Assembly: GCA_944389235.1 (NCBI GenBank)
Contig: CALXLO010000005.1
Location: 1-59,080 of the forward strand
Source of the DNA: an uncultured Alphaproteobacteria bacterium
Lineage (GTDB): Bacteria; Pseudomonadota; Alphaproteobacteria; Rs-D84
DNA length: 59,080 nucleotides
Direction of reading: 5' to 3'
Below are positions 40,173 through 50,706 of this stretch, piece after piece. Each line of letters begins with the position of its first letter. The stretch's first letter is position 1. Position numbers and translations under genes: made by a program. The notes under the pieces are model-generated. The model did not search any database. It had not been told where the DNA came from and saw only the letters and a program-made list of their open reading frames with translations.

Positions 40173-42476
40173 TTATTTATCACGAATTTGGGCATTACAT
40201 TTCTTTTCAACCCCAGAAATAACAGATTCTTGCATTTTCTGTAAATCTGAATCAGACATATTTTCTGTTGGTGTAATTGTGATAGTAAACGCAACAGACT
40301 TTTTACCATCACCCATATCAAACGCATCAAACACAATAACATTTGTTATATGTGAATCTGACTGGATGGCGGCGTTAACCAGTTTTTCTGCTGGCATATC
40401 TGAATCAACAATAAAGGCAAAATCGCGCGTAATTGGCTGAAAATCGTCCAATTTAGGTTCGCGCCCATGACGCGTCCCCGGCAGATTATCCACATCGTCA
40501 ATAACCGCAATATTTACACGCGTTTTTATTTTCAGCGCATGTGCTGCAATTGGTGATAATTCGCCAAATTCCGCGATTTTCTTTTTACCTTGGAATATTG
40601 CGCCATATCTGAACGGATGCGCCCAACGCGGTGGATTATCAGACGACACTGTAAAATTCTGACCATGCATCAATGCGATTAAATCTGCCTTGACATCGTA
40701 AATATCGTATGGTCGATTGCGATGCGCCCAATGACGCGGCGATGTATTACCGGTGCGCACAATACATATTTGTGTTCTTTGCTGGCCCGGCATATCACCA
40801 GAAAATACAGTACCTAATTCAAACATACTTAAATCAGGATATCCGCGTTTTTCATTTTCAGAAACAAAATTCAGCATTGTACCCAACAAAGAATTCCGGG
40901 CTGTATCCATATCTGCCACAATCGGATTCACAATTCGCACACTGGGTGCATCAGACAATATTTGTTCTGTCTTGGAATTACCAAAACCGTATGCCTTGAC
41001 TTCATTTAATCCACGCGCAGCCAGTTCACACTTGGTTTTCGTGTAAAAATCACTGTGTTTGGCCGGCGCAGATAATTTGTGTGTTGCTGTTTTTTCTAAA
41101 CTGTCGTATCCATAAATTCTGATTAATTCAGAAACTATATTTTCAGCAATTTCAACATCAACACGCGCCGAATACGGTGTTATAATCCATTTATCGCCCT
41201 GTATATCAATTCCGAATCCCAGTTTGGTTAATATTTCACGCTGGGTATCAGGCAACATATCAATTCCCGTCTTGCGCATGAATAAATCCGGCGTATAGAC
41301 GATTTTTCTGTTATCGGTTGGGATTGCCCCACCAATACCAGTACCAACAATTTTACCACCACATGCATCCATTATAATACGCGCAGCATTTGCCAATGCT
41401 GTGCCACTGATAGTTGGGTCTATGCCGCGTTCATAACGATATGATGAATCTGTTGATATACCCAAGCGCTTGGATGTTTTGCGTACGCACACAGGATTAA
41501 AATATGCACTTTCCAAAATAATATTTTTTGTTGCGTCTGTTGTCATACCGCGCGCACCACCGATAACACCCGCCAGTGCCAAAATACCTTTGTCATCAGC
41601 AATAACCATATCTGATTCGCATAAAGTATGTGTATTACCAAACAAGTCTGTAAATTGTTCCCCTGGTACTGCCATACGCACAGTTATATCACCACAAATT
41701 TCATCTGCGTCAAAGCAGTGCATTGGTTGCCCCATGTCATAACAGATATAGTTTGTCGCATCAATTGGTGCATTCTTTGGGTTTATACCAATTGCTGTTA
41801 ATCTGTGTGCAATCTTTGTTGAACTGGGGGCAACAGAAATATTATGAATTTCACAAAATTGATATACTGGACAATTTTCTGTTTTAATATTTACCCCGCG
41901 GTCAGATTTTACTGGTGCCAAAACATCGTCTGTTGGCGCAATAAATTTACCCATGCCACATGCAGCTAAATCACGCGCAATACCACGCACAGCCAAATAA
42001 TCTGGTCGGTTTGGGGTAATACCTGCATCAAACACTGTTGCCATATCCAGCACCGGCGTGCCGATAACAGTATCATCTGGTAATTCAATAATACCGTCAT
42101 GGTCATTATTAATACCCAGTTCACGACCACTGCACATCATACCGTCAGATAAATATCCGCGGATTTTACCACTTTTGATTTCATGTCCTTGGATAACACA
42201 TCCAGGCCGTGCCAACGCAGAAATCAACCCAACGCGCACATTGGGCGCACCACAAACAACTTGACGCAATTCAGTATCACCATCATCAACCATCAATATA
42301 TGCAAATGGTCGCTGCCATCCATTGGGCGAACTTGTACAATCTTGGCTGCAATCGGAATAATTGGTGTGATTAATTCTTCTACTTCCAATCCTGTACGCG
42401 TCAGAGTATCCGCAATTTTTTGTGCAGATGCGTCTGTATCTAAATATTCCATTAACCAATCGTATGTCCATTTCAT
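40173..42476 (-). CDS. pheT: Phenylalanine--tRNA ligase beta subunit
   Basis: VCGAPNV, ITPNRPD, GQPMHCFD, YRYERGID, RDFAFIVD. Confidence 0.96.
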   Translation of the reverse strand: MKWTYDWLMEYLDTDASAQKIADTLTRTGLEVEELITPIIPIAAKIVQVRPMDGSDHLHILMVDDGDTELRQVVCGAPNVRVGLISALARPGCVIQGHEIKSGKIRGYLSDGMMCSGRELGINNDHDGIIELPDDTVIGTPVLDMATVFDAGITPNRPDYLAVRGIARDLAACGMGKFIAPTDDVLAPVKSDRGVNIKTENCPVYQFCEIHNISVAPSSTKIAHRLTAIGINPKNAPIDATNYICYDMGQPMHCFDADEICGDITVRMAVPGEQFTDLFGNTHTLCESDMVIADDKGILALAGVIGGARGMTTDATKNIILESAYFNPVCVRKTSKRLGISTDSSYRYERGIDPTISGTALANAARIIMDACGGKIVGTGIGGAIPTDNRKIVYTPDLFMRKTGIDMLPDTQREILTKLGFGIDIQGDKWIITPYSARVDVEIAENIVSELIRIYGYDSLEKTATHKLSAPAKHSDFYTKTKCELAARGLNEVKAYGFGNSKTEQILSDAPSVRIVNPIVADMDTARNSLLGTMLNFVSENEKRGYPDLSMFELGTVFSGDMPGQQRTQICIVRTGNTSPRHWAHRNRPYDIYDVKADLIALMHGQNFTVSSDNPPRWAHPFRYGAIFQGKKKIAEFGELSPIAAHALKIKTRVNIAVIDDVDNLPGTRHGREPKLDDFQPITRDFAFIVDSDMPAEKLVNAAIQSDSHITNVIVFDAFDMGDGKKSVAFTITITPTENMSDSDLQKMQESVISGVEKKCNAQIRDK

Positions 42477-42492
42477 TGTGCATACCCCATTG

Positions 42493-43440
42493 TTAAAAAC
42501 TTGCTTTCTTTACCCAGCGAATATCGCCGTCGTATAATTTTCTTAAATCGTTTAAGCCGTATTTCAGCATTGCCAAGCGGTCCCAACCAAAACCAAATGC
42601 AAATCCTTGGTATTCATCAGGATTTATATTGCAATTACGCAAAACATTTGGATGCACCATACCAGCCCCCATAATTTCCAACCACTTTTTACCTTGCCAT
42701 TTCATGTCAATTTCAATGCTGGGTTCAGTAAATGGAAAATAAGACGGACGAATACGCAATTCTAAATCATCCATTTCAAAAAAGCGTTTCAAAAATTCTT
42801 TGACATCACCGATCAAGTCAGACAATGTTATGTTTTTATCTATATACAAACCTTCTATTTGATGAAACATTGGACCGTGTGTTGCGTCCATTTCACGACG
42901 ATATGTTGCACCAATACCAAACATTTTTATTGGCGCACCGCGCGATTCCATACTGCGAATTTGTATCGCAGATGTCTGGGTGCGCATAACATTACCATTT
43001 TCTAAAAAGAAACTATCTTGCATATCGCGGGCAGGGTGATATACCGGGGTATTTAATGCAGTAAAGTTATGCCAATCATCTTCAATCTCTGGTCCGGTCC
43101 ACATTTCATAACCAAATGATTCCAGTATCGCAGCAATATCTGCCAGCGCATGTGTTATCGGATGCAATGTTCCCGGGTTTTCCGGCTGAGGATTTAATGA
43201 CACATCCAGACGCTGGCGCTGCATATCAGCCAACATAGCGGCATTTTCCAGTTCATTTTGACGCAACTTGAATAATTCACGCAATTCAGCATTTTCACGA
43301 TTTAACGCAGCACGCGCGTCATTATCAAGATTTTTCATTTCTTTTAATCGCGCCGTCATTGTACCGTTTTTACCGAATGTTGCGGTATATAACGCCTGTA
43401 ATTCATCCAACGATTGTATATTTTTAATTTGTTCTTGCAT
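42493..43440 (-). CDS. pheS: Phenylalanine--tRNA ligase alpha subunit
   Basis: HPARDMQD, FHQIEGL, YFPFTEPS, GFAFG. Confidence 0.97.
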   Translation of the reverse strand: MQEQIKNIQSLDELQALYTATFGKNGTMTARLKEMKNLDNDARAALNRENAELRELFKLRQNELENAAMLADMQRQRLDVSLNPQPENPGTLHPITHALADIAAILESFGYEMWTGPEIEDDWHNFTALNTPVYHPARDMQDSFFLENGNVMRTQTSAIQIRSMESRGAPIKMFGIGATYRREMDATHGPMFHQIEGLYIDKNITLSDLIGDVKEFLKRFFEMDDLELRIRPSYFPFTEPSIEIDMKWQGKKWLEIMGAGMVHPNVLRNCNINPDEYQGFAFGFGWDRLAMLKYGLNDLRKLYDGDIRWVKKASF

Positions 43441-43519
43441 AACATTTACCCTTTTGAAACAAAAAAGCCGTCATACGACGGCCTTTATAATACAAAATAT
43501 ATACCCCACCGCCAAGGCT

Positions 43520-43888
43520 TTATTTAGCATCTGGGGAAATAAATCGTTTTGCAGTATCAACCAATTTTGCAAAGTTTGCATCGCCGGCATACGCCATCTG
43601 GGCCAGAACTTTTCTGTCCAGCGCGACACCTGCTTTTTTCAAACCATTCATAAATTGGCTGTATGTCATGCCATTTGCGCGTGCAGCGGCATTTATACGA
43701 ACAATCCACAAACCACGAAATTCGCGTTTTTTCACACGACGATCGCGATATGCGTATTGTCCTGCTTTTTCAGTTTTTTCGCGTGCAGCACGATAAGTTG
43801 TACTGTGGCGACCCAAATATCCCTTGGCCCGCGCTAATATCTTGTTATGTTTTTGTCTGACGGTTGTTCCGCGTTTTACCCTTGCCAT
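43520..43888 (-). CDS. rplT: 50S ribosomal protein L20
   Basis: [22 protein letters not shown]. Confidence 0.98.
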   Translation of the reverse strand: MARVKRGTTVRQKHNKILARAKGYLGRHSTTYRAAREKTEKAGQYAYRDRRVKKREFRGLWIVRINAAARANGMTYSQFMNGLKKAGVALDRKVLAQMAYAGDANFAKLVDTAKRFISPDAK

Positions 43889-43906
43889 AAATCTACCCCC
43901 TAAATA

Positions 43907-44110
43907 TTATTTCAAACCATACGGGGCCAAGATTTTCGCCTGTCCCTTCATGTTATCATTCAGATACTGCGGTTTTGAACCAGCGTTATTTGCACGCTTT
44001 GACTTACTGCGCAGCAGTTTTTTGTGGGCGTTTCTGGCAACACGAATTTTACCGGTTGCAGTCATAGACGCACGCTTTTTCAAGTACGATTTTGTCTTTA
44101 ATTTTGGCAT
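43907..44110 (-). CDS. rpmI: 50S ribosomal protein L35
   Basis: MPKLKTK, TATGK; upstream of rplT. Confidence 0.95.
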   Translation of the reverse strand: MPKLKTKSYLKKRASMTATGKIRVARNAHKKLLRSKSKRANNAGSKPQYLNDNMKGQAKILAPYGLK

Positions 44111-44250
44111 TTTAACCTCTTTTTTTAACTTATCCTGGTGGCAATGCCGTTGCCACTTTGGACACTTACACGGGCAATATTGTGGCATAATAAAACGAAA
44201 AATCAAGTTTTTATTGAATATATGTCTTTTAGTGGTTAAACTTATGCCCG

Positions 44251-45072
44251 ATGAATCAAAATAAATTGTCCGCCAGATTAAAGTCTATTATAAAATCCGC
44301 CGCTGCGGCCGCGGTGTTGCCGGTATTGTTTATATATATTATGATTGCAAAACCAGATTATAAACTGATGGACGGATTGGCGCATGTTGTATTACCTGTG
44401 GCAAATTGGGTTGGTGATGTAATAACTTGGCCTGTGCGTGCAATTGGCGCAGCAGTTGATAATGTACGCGAATTATCCACTTTGCGTACAGAAAACGCAG
44501 AATTACGCGCGGCATTGGACAATGCGCTGCGCGATAAAAACGCATGCGATATTGCAATGGCTGAAAATCAACGCTTGGTACGCGATTTAGATATAATCCA
44601 GGCACAAGCGCATGATGCCGTTATCGCAGACATTACATACGATAACAGCGTGTTTCATCATGGAAACTTTTTTATAAACAAAGGTGTTCGCCATGGACTG
44701 GAAAATGGCATGGTTGTTATTTCACCAGACGGTATGTTGGTTGGAATTATAACTGATACCGCACCTGGTTTTTCACGCGTGCGAACATTAAATGATACAG
44801 ATTCTAATATCGCAGTGCGCGTTGCTGGGTCTGATGTATACGGTTTTTTACGCGGTAATGGTTCTGAAATGCCGACTATTGGATTTTTCAGCGACCCTGA
44901 ATTTGTACCAACACCTGGATTAACATTGATTACCAGTAATATCAGCGGAATGTTGCCAAATGGTATCATGGTCGGTAAAATGCAAAACGAAACAGATGTA
45001 CAGATTTCCGCACCAGATAAATTATCACGCGTTATTGTATTACAGTTTGACGCACAAAATGAATATAAATAA
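44251..45072 (+). CDS. mreC: Rod shape-determining protein MreC
   Basis: TM + coiled coil, INKG..G, GMLVGII. Confidence 0.9.
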   Translation: MNQNKLSARLKSIIKSAAAAAVLPVLFIYIMIAKPDYKLMDGLAHVVLPVANWVGDVITWPVRAIGAAVDNVRELSTLRTENAELRAALDNALRDKNACDIAMAENQRLVRDLDIIQAQAHDAVIADITYDNSVFHHGNFFINKGVRHGLENGMVVISPDGMLVGIITDTAPGFSRVRTLNDTDSNIAVRVAGSDVYGFLRGNGSEMPTIGFFSDPEFVPTPGLTLITSNISGMLPNGIMVGKMQNETDVQISAPDKLSRVIVLQFDAQNEYK

Positions 45073-45530
45073 TGAAACAGAAAATTATTAATTTTTTACG
45101 CGCTGCGTTGCCTTTTATCGCCGTGCTGGTGCTGTGGCGGTTATCTGTGCCATTTTGGAATCCGGTTGGTATTTTAGCAATAATACCGATATTTTATTGT
45201 TCTTTTGTACGACCAGTGCCTTGGTTTACGCCATTTGCCGCAATATTTTGTTTTTTGATAGATTATCGTGGTGATACATTAGTTTTTTGGACAACAGCAT
45301 ATTGTTTGTTCTATGCAATTAATGGATTTCAAAGTTATATTGATTTAACACGAATAGATAAAAATGCACTGAATGTGTTTATGATATTTTTTGGATTGTC
45401 TATATTTATTTTACTGATGGTAAATCCGACTGTTGAAAATATTATGCACAGCGCATGGTTGTTTGCATGGACATCTACTTTATATATACCAATAACTGCA
45501 ATAATCAAAAGGGTGTGTGATGATAGATAA
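45072..45530 (+). CDS. mreD: MreD-like membrane protein
   Basis: Polytopic hydrophobic ORF between mreC and pbp2. Confidence 0.7.
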   Translation: MKQKIINFLRAALPFIAVLVLWRLSVPFWNPVGILAIIPIFYCSFVRPVPWFTPFAAIFCFLIDYRGDTLVFWTTAYCLFYAINGFQSYIDLTRIDKNALNVFMIFFGLSIFILLMVNPTVENIMHSAWLFAWTSTLYIPITAIIKRVCDDR

Positions 45531-47298
45531 AGAAGTCGCGCGTACTTTTGACCGACGCAGTGCATTATTTTTAACTGGTGGTGCAATATTAACATCGCTG
45601 TTGGTAATGCGTATGCTGCACATGCAGTTATTTAACTATCGTGAATATACGCGCAAAAGCCAAAATAATTCTTTTCGTATTCAAATAAATATGCCAGAAC
45701 GGGGTAAAATATTATCTGGTAAAAACACACCAATATCACGCGATGCACCAACATACAGAATTTATGTAATCCCCGAAGAAACAGATGACCTGGATTATGT
45801 AATAAAAACTGCGGCGGCTGATTTAGGACTGAACAAAAAACGCACAGACAGAATATATGCACGAATAAAAAAACAACGCGCGTTTCAACCTGTGTTAATC
45901 AGTGAAAATTCAAATTGGTCCCAACTGGCAAAATTACAGGCACGCAATATACCTGGTCTGCATGTACGCAGCGGATTCAGACGCGTATACGAAATGGGTC
46001 CGGCCGGCGCACAGATATTTGGATATGTCGGCGCACCAGATAATCCGGTGGAAAATGCGCCTTTCTTTACCACTGGTATCACAGGTCTGGAAAAAAGATA
46101 CGATGATTTATTGGCTGGAACCCCTGGTCAAACTGTTATGATTACAAATGCTGTTGGTCGTGTCACAGGCGAAGATAAATCACAATTTATACCGGCAATT
46201 ACCGGTAAAAATCTGCGAACAACAATTGATGAACAGGCGCAACGAACATTATACGATTCATTGATGTTGCATCGGGCTGGATGTGGTGTTGCGCTGGATA
46301 TAGATACCGGCGATATATTGGCAATGGTTTCTGCGCCCAGTTTTGACCCAAATATGTTTGATTCTGATGATGCAGACGAATATATGCAAACACTGCGTAA
46401 TGATTATATGAAGCCGTTTATGAATAAACCCATAGAAGGTTTATATCCCCCCGGTTCAACATTCAAAATTGTTGTTGCATTGGCCGCATTAGAAGCGGGT
46501 GCAATAACCCCAAATGAAAAAATATTTTGTCCAGGACATTGGGATTACGGCGACCGACGATATCATTGCTGGGAATCACAGGGGCATGGTTGGGTTGATT
46601 TAGCAGGTGCGTTAAAACATTCTTGCGACATATATTTTTATCAACTGGCACTGCGGATTGGTATCGATTCTATCAAAGAAATGGCATTAAAACTGGGGCT
46701 GGGACAAAAATTTATGGATGGGGTGTTATCACGCGAAATGACGGGAATTATCCCAGACAGATACTGGAAAGAAGAACAAATTGGTTATCATTGGGTGCAT
46801 GGCGATACGATTATTTCTGGTATCGGTCAAGGTTTTATATTAACAAATTGCTTGCAACTGGCGGTTATGATGGCACGCGCGGCATCTAATCGTGTTGTTA
46901 TACCGCGATTAATCGCATCTGATACGCCGGTTAAATTTGACAATTTGGGATTGCAGAAAAAAAATGTTAATGCGGTATTGCGCGGCCTGGAACAAGTAAC
47001 ACGCAAAGGCGGCACCGCCGCCAGCGCCGCAATTAATGTTAATGGTGCGCGTATGGGCGGTAAAACAGGGACATCACAAGTACGCAGTATTTCACGCGCA
47101 GAACGCGAAAGTGGCGTGCTTAGCAATGAAGAACTGAAATGGAATATGCGCAACCATGGTTTATTCGTTGGATATGCCCCAATAAACAAGCCTAAATATG
47201 CCGTATGTGTTATAACTGAACATTCCGGTGGTTCCAGTTATGCAACACGCGCTGTTGGTAATGTAATGCAAAAATTACTGGGCGGAGAAAATAAATAA
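45517..47298 (+). CDS. mrdA: Penicillin-binding protein 2
   Basis: YPPGSTFK (SxxK), SCD, KTGT. Confidence 0.94.
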   Translation: MMIDKEVARTFDRRSALFLTGGAILTSLLVMRMLHMQLFNYREYTRKSQNNSFRIQINMPERGKILSGKNTPISRDAPTYRIYVIPEETDDLDYVIKTAAADLGLNKKRTDRIYARIKKQRAFQPVLISENSNWSQLAKLQARNIPGLHVRSGFRRVYEMGPAGAQIFGYVGAPDNPVENAPFFTTGITGLEKRYDDLLAGTPGQTVMITNAVGRVTGEDKSQFIPAITGKNLRTTIDEQAQRTLYDSLMLHRAGCGVALDIDTGDILAMVSAPSFDPNMFDSDDADEYMQTLRNDYMKPFMNKPIEGLYPPGSTFKIVVALAALEAGAITPNEKIFCPGHWDYGDRRYHCWESQGHGWVDLAGALKHSCDIYFYQLALRIGIDSIKEMALKLGLGQKFMDGVLSREMTGIIPDRYWKEEQIGYHWVHGDTIISGIGQGFILTNCLQLAVMMARAASNRVVIPRLIASDTPVKFDNLGLQKKNVNAVLRGLEQVTRKGGTAASAAINVNGARMGGKTGTSQVRSISRAERESGVLSNEELKWNMRNHGLFVGYAPINKPKYAVCVITEHSGGSSYATRAVGNVMQKLLGGENK

Positions 47299-48443
47299 TG
47301 GCAAAACAAACACGCGTTTCTAATGCCAATATGATGAGTTTTTCAGAAAAACTTAGCCGTTTTTCATGGTCTATGTTTATTCCGATGTGTTTAATATTGG
47401 CAATATCAATTGTTGTGTTATATTCCGCCGGTGGTGGTGCATGGCGACCATTTGCATTATCACAATTGATTAAAATAGGTCTGGGGTTTGCAGTATTCTT
47501 TGTCGCGGCTTTTTCAAATATAAAAACATGGATTAAATCAGCATACATTATTTACGCAATTGCATTAATTATGATTGTGCTGGTTACATTTGTCGGGCAT
47601 ACCGGTATGGGTGCACAAAGATGGTTGAATCTGGGATTTTTTCATGTACAACCATCTGAACTGATAAAAATTGCATTGGTGTTAGCACTGGCGCGATACT
47701 TTGCATGGATGAATTCTGTTGAATTATCACAAATAAAAAATTATGCGTTGCCAATGGCAATGTTATTAGTGCCTTTTTTGTTAATTGTGGCGCAACCTGA
47801 TTTAGGAACTGCATTATCACTGGGGATGATTACAGTTGGAATTTTTTATATCGTTGGTGCGCAAAAAAAATGGTTTATTATCGCAGCTGTACTGGGGTTA
47901 ATGGCGGCACCTGTTATATGGTTCGGTGGTCTGCATGATTATCAGCGCGACAGAATTATAACTTTTATAAATCCTGACCATGATGCCCAGGGTGCGGGAT
48001 ATCAAATTAACCAAGCAAAAATTGCATTTGGTTCCGGCGGAATGCTGGGCAAAGGATATATGGCCGGTACACAATCACAACAATCATTCTTGCCAGAAAA
48101 ACAAACTGATTTTATATTTACCATGTTGGGTGAAGAATTTGGTTTTATCGGCGCATTTATATTGTTAATGCTGTATACTTTTATTGTTGGTGTGTTGTTC
48201 AGATGCGCAAAAACATGCCGCAACCGATTTGGTCAATTGGTGTGTTTTGGATTTATGTTGAACTTTTTTATTTATTATTTTATAAATATTTCTATGGTTC
48301 TGGGGTTAATGCCAACAGTGGGTGTACCTTTGCCGTTAATGTCTTTTGGCGGCAGCAGTCTGTTATCACTGATGTTTGGATTTGGACTGTGCCAGAACGC
48401 ACATATTCATAAAGACCAACAATTATCTGCCAAAGGAAGTTAA
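47298..48443 (+). CDS. rodA: Rod shape-determining protein RodA
   Basis: GAQRW, QPSE..K, QPDLGT, LPEKQTDFIF, GGSS. Confidence 0.95.
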   Translation: MAKQTRVSNANMMSFSEKLSRFSWSMFIPMCLILAISIVVLYSAGGGAWRPFALSQLIKIGLGFAVFFVAAFSNIKTWIKSAYIIYAIALIMIVLVTFVGHTGMGAQRWLNLGFFHVQPSELIKIALVLALARYFAWMNSVELSQIKNYALPMAMLLVPFLLIVAQPDLGTALSLGMITVGIFYIVGAQKKWFIIAAVLGLMAAPVIWFGGLHDYQRDRIITFINPDHDAQGAGYQINQAKIAFGSGGMLGKGYMAGTQSQQSFLPEKQTDFIFTMLGEEFGFIGAFILLMLYTFIVGVLFRCAKTCRNRFGQLVCFGFMLNFFIYYFINISMVLGLMPTVGVPLPLMSFGGSSLLSLMFGFGLCQNAHIHKDQQLSAKGS

Positions 48444-48447
48444 TATT

Positions 48448-50706
48448 ATGAATTTGCTTATCGTTGAATCACCATCAAAAGCAAAAACGATTGAAAAATA
48501 TCTGGGGGCGGGGTGGCGTGTTATTGCGTCTGTTGGGCATGTGCGTGATTTGGTCCCAGAAAACGGCAGTGTTGATACAGCGCATGATTTTGCAATGCGT
48601 TGGCAAATTATGCCAGGTAAAGAAAAACAAATAAAACAAATTACAGATGAACTGAAAAACGCAGACGCAGTGTATCTGGCATCGGACCCGGACCGCGAAG
48701 GAGAGGCAATCGCATGGCATATATTGGATATATTACGCGATAAAAAAGCATTGTCTGGGAAAAAAGTATATCGTGTGGCTTTTCATGAAATTACTAAAAA
48801 GGCGGTATTAGATGCAATTGCGCATCCGCGTGAAATTGACCAGAATTTAGTTGATGCATATATGGTACGACGCGCGCTGGATTACCTGATTGGATTTAGT
48901 ATATCACCATTGTTGTGGCGGCGAAATCTGGGGCGCAGCGCAGGTCGTGTGCAATCTGTGGCGGTAAAACTGGTTGTTGACCGCGAACGCGAAATAGAAG
49001 CTTTTAAGCCAACAGAATATTGGTCTTTGACGGCAAAATGTAATTCGCAAAATTCTGAATTTAATGCGATGTTATCAGGGGTAAATGGTAAAAAAATTGA
49101 AAAAATGACCATTGCCGGTCGCGCCCAGATGAATGAAATATTAAACAAAATTGGTGAACCTGTGATTGATGCGCATGTTATCGCAATTGATAAAAAGAAA
49201 ACATCGCGCCGCGCCGCAGCACCTTTTACCACCAGTACACTGCAACAAGAAGCATCACGAAAATTATATTTCTCATCGCGGCGAACAATGTCTGCGGCAC
49301 AAAAGTTATATGAACAAGGTTTAATTACATATATGCGAACAGACGCAACAAATTTGTCTGGGGACGCAGTAAATGAAATTCGCGAATATATACAAAAAAA
49401 TTATGGCTACGCGTTTGTACCTAAATCACCAAATATATATATAACTAAATCAAAAAACGCCCAAGAAGCACACGAGGCTATTCGTCCAACACATTTTGAC
49501 GGGGCGCAACCTGCACTGTCTGGGGATGAAGAAAAGTTATATGATTTAATATGGAAACGCACAATTGCATGCCAAATGACAAATGCCGAATTTGACAGCG
49601 TCAGCGCAGACATAGAAACAGACGCACATAACGCGATATTCCATGCTGTTGGTACCACGCGTACATTTGATGGCTTTATGCGTATATATACCGAAGATAA
49701 AGATGACGGCGATGATAATTCTGAATCAAAACTGCCGGTATTAAATGTTGGTGATATTATAAAAATATCACAACTGACCCCAGAACAACATTTTACACAA
49801 CCACCCGCCAGATATACCGAAGCATCATTGGTAAAAAAACTAGAAGAACTGGGGATAGGGCGACCGTCTACATACGCGACAATTATGTCAACAATTGTTG
49901 ATAGAAATTATGTTGAACAAGACAAACAGCGCCGTTTTCATCCGACACCAGGTGGCTGGGTAATTTCTGCATATTTATCAAAATATTTTAATGATTTGGT
50001 TGATGTTAATTTTACCGCAAAAACAGAAGATACATTGGACGATGTTTCAAACGGAAAACAACAAAAACTGGATGCTTTGCGTGATTTCTGGAACCCAACA
50101 TCTGTAATGATTGATGATGCACGCGGTATAAAAACATCTGAAATAATTAACGCAATAAATGAAAATATGCACGCGCACTTGTTCCCAGATAATAATGATA
50201 AATGTCCAAAGTGTGGCGGAAAATTGGGAATAAAATTATCAAAATATGGCGCATTTATCGGTTGTGAAAATTATCCAACATGTGATTATACACAAAAATT
50301 GACAGATTTTGGCAACGCACCAGATAAAGATGCCACACCCCAATCAAAAAACGAACCTGTTGATTTAGGCGATGGAATATATTTTCGTATTGGAAAATTT
50401 GGTCCGTATGTAACGGACGGCAAAAAAAATGTTGCTGCAAAAAAATATACCGCAGATACAATAACATTGGATGCTGCACGCGAATTATTATCGGGTGAAA
50501 TAAAAAAATCTGAACCTGTTGTAATTGGTGAAAATCCAGCAACCGGAAAAACAATATATTTTTATCCGACTGGCAAATATGGCGCATATATATCTTCGAA
50601 TCGTGTTAATGTTTCTGTATCTAAGCAGCCTGATTTAGATACTGCGATTGAATTAATAAATAATAAAAAACCAACAAAAAGATTTACAAAAAAATCTAAA
50701 AAATAA
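48448..50706 (+). CDS. topA: DNA topoisomerase I
   Basis: IVESPSKAK, DPDREGEAI, SAGRVQS, ITYMRTD, AHEAIRP. Confidence 0.97.
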   Translation: MNLLIVESPSKAKTIEKYLGAGWRVIASVGHVRDLVPENGSVDTAHDFAMRWQIMPGKEKQIKQITDELKNADAVYLASDPDREGEAIAWHILDILRDKKALSGKKVYRVAFHEITKKAVLDAIAHPREIDQNLVDAYMVRRALDYLIGFSISPLLWRRNLGRSAGRVQSVAVKLVVDREREIEAFKPTEYWSLTAKCNSQNSEFNAMLSGVNGKKIEKMTIAGRAQMNEILNKIGEPVIDAHVIAIDKKKTSRRAAAPFTTSTLQQEASRKLYFSSRRTMSAAQKLYEQGLITYMRTDATNLSGDAVNEIREYIQKNYGYAFVPKSPNIYITKSKNAQEAHEAIRPTHFDGAQPALSGDEEKLYDLIWKRTIACQMTNAEFDSVSADIETDAHNAIFHAVGTTRTFDGFMRIYTEDKDDGDDNSESKLPVLNVGDIIKISQLTPEQHFTQPPARYTEASLVKKLEELGIGRPSTYATIMSTIVDRNYVEQDKQRRFHPTPGGWVISAYLSKYFNDLVDVNFTAKTEDTLDDVSNGKQQKLDALRDFWNPTSVMIDDARGIKTSEIINAINENMHAHLFPDNNDKCPKCGGKLGIKLSKYGAFIGCENYPTCDYTQKLTDFGNAPDKDATPQSKNEPVDLGDGIYFRIGKFGPYVTDGKKNVAAKKYTADTITLDAARELLSGEIKKSEPVVIGENPATGKTIYFYPTGKYGAYISSNRVNVSVSKQPDLDTAIELINNKKPTKRFTKKSKK

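Noticed and set aside
44120-44175. L20 autoregulatory leader before rpmI
   Set aside because: A GTGGCAA/TTGCCAC hairpin is present but is not enough to assign an rRNA-mimic structure
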